NCBI GenBank assembly: GCA_016712675.1
Contig: JADJQR010000011.1
Coordinates: forward strand, 67,946 to 131,945
Length of the DNA: 64,000 nucleotides
Direction of reading: 5' to 3'
Source of the DNA: a bacterium
GTDB lineage: Bacteria; Krumholzibacteriota; Krumholzibacteriia; LZORAL124-64-63
Position numbers and translations under genes: made by a program. Within the stretch, counting starts at the first letter, position 1; each line of letters opens with the position of its first letter. The notes beneath the pieces were generated by a model. It was not told where the DNA came from and did no database searches. It worked only from the letters and a program-made list of their open reading frames with translations. This document shows, in pieces, positions 53,575-59,975 of the stretch.

Positions 53575-54056
53575 GAAAACCGATCTGGCCGGCCTCGCCG
53601 GCAACGGAACCATTTACTACACAACCGACTTGCGTTCCTGGCGAAATATTCCCGGCGTGCTGAACCAGCTGGTGGCCGGCGACTTCGACGGCGACGGCAC
53701 AGCCGATCTAGCCGGCCTCGCCGGCAATGGTCAAATCTTCTATTCCCTCACCTTCCGGCTGGCAAAACATCCCTGGCATCTTGAACCGGTTGGTGGCCGG
53801 CGACTTCGACGGCGACGGCACAGCCGATTTGGCGGGTTTGACTGCTAACGGTGGCATCTACTACTCGACCGATTTCGTCCGCTGGCAAAACATCCCCGGT
53901 ATGCTGGTCCGGCTGGTGGCCGGCGACTTCGACGGCGACGGGCAAGCCGACTTGGCCGGCCTCGCCGGCAACGGGGGAGTTTATTATTCGACCAGCTTTA
54001 CTAACTGGGTCTACGCGACCGGCGTTTTAGCCAACCTCGCTGGGAGCAGCGAATAG
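53575..54056 (+). pseudogene. FG-GAP/VCBS-type repeat protein fragment (four ~120-bp repeats, frameshifted, no start)
   Basis: Repeated VAGDFDGDGTADLAGLxxNGxIYYS units are spread over two frames. The fragment abuts the trbI remnant. Confidence 0.55.
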
Positions 54057-54204
54057 AGGGATCGCCACCCACGCACCGCATGAAGGCCCGAGCCGCGCGG
54101 GCGAGTGCGGGGGGCCGAGTGTCCGCGCATGTCGAGCGCGGAACCTTCCAGGCGGGCGCGGGTGCGTGTCCGCGTGCAACGTGCGCGGACACGTGCAAGC
54201 GGGT

Positions 54205-54660
54205 CTAAAAACCTATGAAATCGAACGGCCGGATCGGAATAGCGGCTCTTTCGAAAGCGTCGGGAACGACGGTAAGGCTATGGATCAAGCAGGGTAAAAA
54301 ATACAAAAAACCGACGGCAAGAGGTTTGAGCAGCAAGCCATCATGACAACCAAAACCCCCGACCGTCGCCTGGTTCGCACCAGCTGGCAACGGCGCGAAC
54401 CGCGCCACCAGGACATCGGGGATCAGGACGCTGAAAAACATCAGGGCGAACACCATGCGCGCCGGAACCGGCGGGCGCGACGGGCGAAGCCGGGCCGCGA
54501 TCAGGTAATAAACCGCCACCAAACTATAAGCGGTTCCCACCGACACCGGACTGTCGATCACCTCGGTCGCGGCAAAGGCCATGAAGGTTGCCGCCAGCCA
54601 CAGCAGGCCGTCCGGACAACGCATTTTCTTGCAGATGCCGATCGAGAAAAACAGCGCCAC
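54205..54660 (-). CDS. hypothetical membrane protein
   Basis: 151 aa with 4 predicted hydrophobic helices. Confidence 0.4.
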   Translation of the reverse strand: MALFFSIGICKKMRCPDGLLWLAATFMAFAATEVIDSPVSVGTAYSLVAVYYLIAARLRPSRPPVPARMVFALMFFSVLIPDVLVARFAPLPAGANQATVGGFGCHDGLLLKPLAVGFLYFLPCLIHSLTVVPDAFERAAIPIRPFDFIGF

Positions 54661-54712
54661 CGAACACGGCAGCCAAAAACCGACCAGATCAATTGGAATC
54701 CGCGCCTTTCAT

Positions 54713-55936
54713 CTACGCGGCCCGTTCCAGACCGGCCGCTTCGATGAATTTTTCGGCATCGGTTCGCGCTTCAACGGGGGTGGGTGATTCATGATCGCCC
54801 AAGTTCTTGCCCCCTCCACGCGCATGACATCCGGCGTTCCCCGCCGTAGCAAGTTTCAGAATCACGTTGGCCGCGTTCACGTCCCGGTCATGGCGCGTCT
54901 GGCAGTCGGGACACGTCCATTCCCGAACCGACAGCGGCATTCGCCGTTGGTGGCTCCCGCAATGACCGCAGGTCTTACTGGTGGGCGCCCAGCGATCCAC
55001 GACAACGACCTTGCGCCCAGCCCAGGCGGCTTTGTATTCGATCTGGCGGCGAAATTCGCCCATGCCCACATCGGCAATCGCGCCAGCCAGATGGTGATTC
55101 TTCAGCATTCCCTTGACGTTCAAGTCTTCCAAGGCGATGACATCGGCCCGCCGCACCAGGGCTGTGGTGGTCTTGTGCAGAAAGTCCTGACGCATGGCGG
55201 CGATACGGGCATGCATCCTTGCAACTTTAAGCCGTTGCCGGTATCGGCGGTGGCTGCCTTTTTGCTTGCGGGACAAAAAGCGTTGCTGGCGCTTCAAGTG
55301 CTTCAACTGGCTTTTGAGGTGACGAGGATTTCCCGACTTCCAGCCGTCGCTACTGACCGCTACGTCTTTGATGCCCAAATCCACGCCTATCGTCTGACCC
55401 GTCAGCGGCAAAGAACTGATTTCGACCTCACAGGCGAAGCTGACGAAGTAGCGACCATCGGGGGTCTTGCTGACCGTGACCATCTTGGGTGTTCCAGCGG
55501 GGATTTGCGACCAGCGGAGGTTGAGCGTTCCGAGTTTGGGCAGCTTAAGCGTTTCTCCAGCATGGTAGGTGCGCTCAATCTGGCGTTGATCCAACTGATA
55601 GCGGATGGCTTGCCGGTCATAACGGCTTTTGAATTTGGGGTAGTGGCCGCGCTTCTCGAAGAAGTTTTTAAACGCCTTGTCCTGATCCAGAAGCGCTTGC
55701 ACCAAACAGACCGCCGTCGAATCAGCCAACCACGGAAATTCACCGCGTTTCCACTCTGTAACCAGCCGATTGAGCGAGACGTAGTTATGCCGATCTTGCC
55801 GTTCTGCCCACGCTTTGCCTCGAAGATCAAGGCAGCGATTCCAGACAAAGCGCGCATGGCCAAATTCCACCGCCAATTGCCGACGCTGAGCGAGTGTTGG
55901 GTAGAATCGGAATTTGTAGGCGCGCTGAATCAACAC
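54713..55936 (-). CDS. tnpB: TnpB (IS200/IS605-family OrfB, RuvC-like RNA-guided nuclease)
   Basis: LIQRAYKFRFYPTLAQRRQL..., IGVDLGIKDVAV (RuvC-I), VIALEDLNVKGM (RuvC-II), zinc finger CGHCGS...CPDCQTRHDRDVNAANVI (RuvC-III). The GTG start at 55936 is preferred over the track start. Confidence 0.85.
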   Translation of the reverse strand: MLIQRAYKFRFYPTLAQRRQLAVEFGHARFVWNRCLDLRGKAWAERQDRHNYVSLNRLVTEWKRGEFPWLADSTAVCLVQALLDQDKAFKNFFEKRGHYPKFKSRYDRQAIRYQLDQRQIERTYHAGETLKLPKLGTLNLRWSQIPAGTPKMVTVSKTPDGRYFVSFACEVEISSLPLTGQTIGVDLGIKDVAVSSDGWKSGNPRHLKSQLKHLKRQQRFLSRKQKGSHRRYRQRLKVARMHARIAAMRQDFLHKTTTALVRRADVIALEDLNVKGMLKNHHLAGAIADVGMGEFRRQIEYKAAWAGRKVVVVDRWAPTSKTCGHCGSHQRRMPLSVREWTCPDCQTRHDRDVNAANVILKLATAGNAGCHARGGGKNLGDHESPTPVEARTDAEKFIEAAGLERAA

Positions 55937-56193
55937 ATTGAAAGTATAACACAAACGGGTGTTTCTAGCCGTACAGAGGCGCGACTCCATGCCGAAAAAC
56001 CGGCGCGGATAACATTAAACAGCCGCCCGTCGGCGCGCTCTGGACAGAATCGCCGCGCCCGCCCATCAAGGCGGGCGATCCGAAGGCCCTTTGCCTCGCC
56101 TCAAGCGGGCGGGGTCGTCCTCCATCCCTGGAGTCCTTCAATGCAAAGGATGCACGACTTCCCTCCCCTGTGACGCCCGACAGCGGCTTACGC
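54719..56193 (-). mobile_element. solo-tnpB IS200/IS605-type element (~1.47 kb). Boundaries are inferred from an uninterrupted paralogous site.
   Basis: The flanks 54701-54718 and 56194-56231 rejoin to give the sequence present intact at 56662-56717. The junction is ambiguous by 5 nt (TACGC). Confidence 0.6.
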
Positions 56194-56316
56194 CCGCGCC
56201 CGCCCACAGCGTCCCCGGTGGCCGCAGCGCCGGCAGAGATTGGCGGTTATCGCCGCGCCCGTTTGCTGGCCTCTTTTTTCGTGCCACACTACGATGACAT
56301 AATCGGGGCACAACTC

Positions 56317-56568
56317 ATGACGACCATCACTTTTGATGTCGATCCGTCCGCATTCAGCGCGCTGCGGCTATCGCCCGCCGAATTCGCCCGCGAAATGCGG
56401 GTCGCCGCCGCCGTCCAATGGTACGCCCAGGGCACGGTCTCTCAAGGCAAAGCCGCCGAATTAGCCGGCTTGGCGCGGGCCGACTTCCTCGATGAACTCC
56501 ACCGTCGCCAGGTACCCGCCTGCCAAGTGACCGTCGAGGAGCTGGCGGACGAAATCAGTGGCGTCTGA
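56317..56568 (+). CDS. UPF0175 family antitoxin-like protein (copy 3)
   Basis: MTTITFDVDPSAFSALRLSPAEFAREMRVAAAVQWYAQGTVSQGKAAELAGLARADFLDELHRR. Confidence 0.7.
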   Translation: MTTITFDVDPSAFSALRLSPAEFAREMRVAAAVQWYAQGTVSQGKAAELAGLARADFLDELHRRQVPACQVTVEELADEISGV

Positions 56569-57165
56569 GGCGTGGGTGAGCGATAGCTCGCCGCTCATCC
56601 TACTCGGCAAGACAGGAAGTCGGCGAAGGATAGCCGCCCGCTCGGCGTTCCCCTCAACCGCCCGCGTTTCATCTACGCCCGCGCCTGCCCGCAGCGTCCC
56701 CGGTGGCCGCAGCGCCCAGTAGCGGCGGTGCAGCGCGACGACCCGCCCCGCGTCCCACAGCGCCACCCGGCGGTAGACCACGCCGCGCGCGGTGACCAGC
56801 CGCAGGTAGCCGTACCCCGCGAGGTCCCCATCGCGAAAGGCGCGCTGGCCGGCCAGCAACAGCCGGTAGGCCGAGAGCTGGGCGATGTCGGCGTCATGCA
56901 CCTCGGGCCTCGGCCGGCGCTTGGTCTCGACCAGCACCGCGCGGCCGTCCGCGAGCCCGTAGATCTGGTCGGGCGCGCCGGCGAGCGCCACCGGACGCTC
57001 GCAGCGGAAGTGCCGCTCGCTGGCCAGCAGCCGGGCCGACACGAGTTCGTCCGGCATCCGCTCGCGGGCGAGCCAGGCCGCGCGCCCCCGGCCCCGGCCC
57101 CGCCACAGGACGGCGGCGACCACGATCAACAGCACAACCCAACCGGCCCAATGTTCCACGCTCAC
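56461..57165 (-). CDS. membrane-anchored PD-(D/E)XK nuclease-like protein (the 3' end probably altered by the adjacent repeat/TA insertion)
   Basis: N-terminal TM helix WAGWVVLLIVVAAVLW. Core GAPDQIYGLADGRAVLVETKRR (D...E-x-K) and QLSAYRLLL. GTGA coupling to the upstream ORF. The last ~80 codons run antisense through the TA remnant. Confidence 0.5.
   Translation of the reverse strand: MSVEHWAGWVVLLIVVAAVLWRGRGRGRAAWLARERMPDELVSARLLASERHFRCERPVALAGAPDQIYGLADGRAVLVETKRRPRPEVHDADIAQLSAYRLLLAGQRAFRDGDLAGYGYLRLVTARGVVYRRVALWDAGRVVALHRRYWALRPPGTLRAGAGVDETRAVEGNAERAAILRRLPVLPSRMSGELSLTHASDATDFVRQLLDGHLAGGYLATVEFIEEVGPRQAG
56576..56620 (+). pseudogene. DUF3368 toxin remnant (first ~14 codons only)
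   Basis: VSDSSPLILLGKTG matches DUF3368 N-termini. Similarity then stops. Confidence 0.5.
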
Positions 57166-57599
57166 CCCCCCCGCCGTTCGAGCCGGCGCACCGCGCGATC
57201 CAGCAGCCACCGCGCCGCCCGCCGCCACCGGGGATGGCCCTCCAGCAGTCGGGCCAGCGGCGGCGAGAGGCGGTAATAGAGCCGGATCGCGCCGCGACCC
57301 CAGGGAGTGGGCCGCAGCGCCCGATCCCGCCAGGCGCGCAGCGCGTCGGTTTCGCGAGCGGATTCGCCGTACGCGGCCGAGGCCACGAAGCATCGGCGGT
57401 CGCCCGCCGGCGCGCCGCTTTGATAGCGCCTGGCCAAGGCGTCGTGGCGGGCGTGCTCGACCTTGCCGGCCGCCGCCAGCCGCTCCCGGTCGGCCGGGCG
57501 GTTTTTGCCGTGCGCCAGATCCAGCAGTATCTGCTGCTCGCAGCGGGCGAGCTGGGCCAGGTCGGACACCGCCACCGGGCGGCGGTCGGAATCGCTCAA
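57162..57599 (-). CDS. small protein with a CF[IV]ASA[AV]YG...LRxWRDR Cys-motif domain
   Basis: TTG start 7 nt after GAGGGGA. RRCFVASAAYGESARETDALRAWRDRALRPTPWGRGAIRLYYRLSPPLARLL aligns with the C-terminal tail of the kinase at 41262..43040. Confidence 0.45.
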   Translation of the reverse strand: MSDSDRRPVAVSDLAQLARCEQQILLDLAHGKNRPADRERLAAAGKVEHARHDALARRYQSGAPAGDRRCFVASAAYGESARETDALRAWRDRALRPTPWGRGAIRLYYRLSPPLARLLEGHPRWRRAARWLLDRAVRRLERRGG

Positions 57600-57813
57600 G
57601 CTAAAATCCCCTCGGTTTTTTCTGCGCCGGTTCCGCCTCGATCCGCTCGCGCAAATCGGAATTGGCCGCGAACCGGGCCTTGCCGTCTTTGCGGATCGGG
57701 CTCGGTTCGGCGTCTGACGCGGCGCGGCAAATCTCGCCGTAGCGCCGGCGCAGGGCCGAGCGGCGCACCGGGTCGGCGCGACGCGAGCCAGAACGCCGGG
57801 CGGCGGCACGCGC

Positions 57814-57841
57814 TTGCCCCGGCCGGCTCCGGCGAGATGCT
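57814..57841 (+). promoter_or_regulatory. conserved promoter-like cassette copy 7 (TTGCCC-N16-GATGCT)
   Basis: Upstream of ATPase paralog 2. Nearly identical to copies 5 and 6 over about 60 nt. Confidence 0.4.
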
Positions 57842-57875
57842 GGACGCATCGTCCACCACCGGTACCAGACCCGCC

Positions 57876-58994
57876 ATGAAACTCGAACAGTTCACCATCG
57901 GCAGCCCCAAGAACAGCCCGACACACTGCTTCGGACCCCTGAAAGCCGTCACCCTCGATTTCGCCCGAGATCGCGGGGTGACCGCGCTGGTCGGCGAAAG
58001 CGGCACCGGCAAGTCCACCGCGCTGGAGGCGCTGGCCGTGCTCTTTCGCGACCTGATGGCGGGAAAGCCCGCGCCCGCCTTCGCCTACACCCTCACCTAC
58101 CGCGCGGGCGAAACCCGCCTCCGCATCGACGCGGACCCGGATCGCGAAGACCCCTACCGCATCGCCGCCGCGCCGGCCTCGGAGGATGGGCCGGCCGAGG
58201 GGACGCCCCTGGCGCTCGCCCATTTTCTGGATGCCGGCGGGGCCTTTTTGCCGCGCCGCCTAATCGGCTATTCGTCGGGGACGAACCCGCGACCGCGCGA
58301 TGTTTTCGAGCCCGGGCGCTTCGAAGGCGCGCCCGACGATGCGGCGAGCGACAGCGAGCGCCAAAAGCGGGCGGTGCTGGGCGCGCTGCGCCACGCGGCC
58401 GAGGGCGGAAACCTGGTCTTGCTCGACGGCCCCGACTCCCACTTGTACCCCCGCGACTGCGCGACTCTGTCGGACCGGCTGGCCGCTTTCGCGGGCGAGA
58501 GCATCGCAGGGCGCGCCCCGAGCCACATCGTGTTCGCCACTCACCAGCCCATCACCGTCGCCAGCTTATTGAAAGAGCAGGTCCAAATTCTGCGCCGGAC
58601 CCCCGGCGCGCGGCGGATCGATGCGGCCCGCCCGATCATCAACCCGCGCGGGATGGGGTTCGCGGGCGTGCTGACCAGCGAGGTGTTCGACCACGCATCG
58701 TGCCTGGACCGGCCCACCCAACAGGATGTGGCGACACTCCACCGGCTGTCGGCTCGCACCGAGCTAGACGAAGCGGAACAGTCGCAACTGCGAGCGCTGC
58801 GCCACCGGCTGGAGGGGCTGGGCTTCAACTTCGCCTCGGCCGACCCCCTGGAACAAGACTACCTTCGCGCCCGCTTCGACTTGGCGGAGGACGTGCCCCC
58901 CGACAGCCCCCTCCTCGCGCCGGAGAACCGACGAAAGGCGCTGGCGGCTCTAGTGCGAATCCTGCTCGTCGGCGCACAAGCCGGGAGCACGTGA
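57876..58994 (+). CDS. ABC/SMC-like AAA ATPase, paralog 2
   Basis: ALVGESGTGKSTALEAL, LVLLDGPDSHLYPRD and VFATHQP. It is collinear with the 31903..33012 ORF. Confidence 0.7.
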   Translation: MKLEQFTIGSPKNSPTHCFGPLKAVTLDFARDRGVTALVGESGTGKSTALEALAVLFRDLMAGKPAPAFAYTLTYRAGETRLRIDADPDREDPYRIAAAPASEDGPAEGTPLALAHFLDAGGAFLPRRLIGYSSGTNPRPRDVFEPGRFEGAPDDAASDSERQKRAVLGALRHAAEGGNLVLLDGPDSHLYPRDCATLSDRLAAFAGESIAGRAPSHIVFATHQPITVASLLKEQVQILRRTPGARRIDAARPIINPRGMGFAGVLTSEVFDHASCLDRPTQQDVATLHRLSARTELDEAEQSQLRALRHRLEGLGFNFASADPLEQDYLRARFDLAEDVPPDSPLLAPENRRKALAALVRILLVGAQAGST

Positions 58995-59195
58995 GGGCGG
59001 TTGCAGGCGACGCGACCGGCGCGCCGCGCCGGCCGCTGAATCCGATCTTGATTTCCAGCGTCCATTCGTCTGGCTTCACCGTTTCCGCCGCCTGGTGCAC
59101 CGTGCTCGCCAAGGCGCTGATAACGGCCTTGATCCGCTCCCCGGCATCCGAAAATCCGCGATCCGCCGAGGTGTTTTCATAGCCTTCCAGGCCGG

Positions 59196-59972
59196 CTATT
59201 TCGCCGGTCGATCCCGGTTCGATGCCCGCGACTTCAACGTAGACGATCTCAGCCCCCAGCTTGCTCCGCCTGAAGTCGGCAGTCTTTCGGAACGGCTAGC
59301 GTTCTTGCCCGCCTCCCCCTCGATCTCTTCCCGCAAATCGGAATTGGCCGCGAAGCGCGCGCGGCCTTCCTTTCGAATCGGGCTCGGTTCGGCGTCGAGC
59401 GCGGCGCGGTAAATCTCGCCGTAGCGCCGGCGCAGGGCCGAGCGGCGCACCGGGTCGGGCACGCGCGCCAGCAGGCCCTCGATCCACGCCGCGTCCAGCG
59501 GGTGGTGCGGGACTTCGCCGATGTGCCCCACCGCGTCCTCGGGGCCGGCTGCGCCCCCGGCCGCCGCGACGCGGGCCAGAACGCCCGGGGACCCGGTGTC
59601 CGGCGACGCGCGCCGAGGGTCCGCCCGCCCGACGGTCGCCGCGCCCATCTCCCCCGGCACGGCGATGGCCGGGGCGCTTTCCGGCGACCGGTCCGGGTGC
59701 CCGGTCGTGAAATACTCCGGCAGGCGCGGCCAGCGCTCCCGCAGGCGCGCCCGGACAAAGGCGAGCGAGGGGATCGCGAGACCGCCCCGGCGCACCAGGC
59801 ACCAGGGGCACTCCGGCAGCTCGCCGTAATCCTGGCCCTCGCCCGGCAGCAGCACCGGGCCGCAGCGCCGGCAGAGGCCGCAGCTCAGCCACTTCACCGG
59901 CACCCTGCCCGCCCGCAGCCGCGCCACCGACCGGGGGTCGAGCTTGGGCGGGTAGCGCGCGGGCGCGGCCAC
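59196..59972 (-). CDS. hypothetical zinc-ribbon protein downstream of the integrase
   Basis: CGLCRRCGPV...CPWC. The GTG start is 3 nt after the integrase stop. The 3' third is duplicated at 57633-57776, and the extreme 3' end appears replaced by unrelated sequence. Confidence 0.45.
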   Translation of the reverse strand: MAAPARYPPKLDPRSVARLRAGRVPVKWLSCGLCRRCGPVLLPGEGQDYGELPECPWCLVRRGGLAIPSLAFVRARLRERWPRLPEYFTTGHPDRSPESAPAIAVPGEMGAATVGRADPRRASPDTGSPGVLARVAAAGGAAGPEDAVGHIGEVPHHPLDAAWIEGLLARVPDPVRRSALRRRYGEIYRAALDAEPSPIRKEGRARFAANSDLREEIEGEAGKNASRSERLPTSGGASWGLRSSTLKSRASNRDRPAK

Positions 59973-59975
59973 CGC

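Noticed and set aside
53575-54056. Regularly spaced ~120-bp repeats that could be mistaken for a CRISPR-like array.
   Set aside because: The repeats are coding FG-GAP/VCBS units (VAGDFDGDGTADLAGL...). The segments between the conserved cores are themselves homologous, so there is no spacer-like unique sequence. No cas genes are present.
54119-54190. Perfect 9-bp inverted repeat GTGTCCGCG...CGCGGACAC, with a partial third copy, between the FG-GAP fragment and the membrane protein gene.
   Set aside because: It is probably a bidirectional terminator or REP-like hairpin between convergent genes. There is no T-tract and no further copies in the window to support a family.
58995-59296. The minus-strand reading ...VYVEVAGIEPGSTGEIAGLEGYENTSADRGFSDAGERIKAVISALASTVHQAAETVKPDEWTLEIKIGFSG resembles small 'trypsin-co-occurring domain 2'-type proteins.
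   Set aside because: There is no in-frame ATG, GTG or TTG before the conserved part, and the reading is bounded by a stop upstream. The resemblance is from memory only. It is probably a dead fragment.
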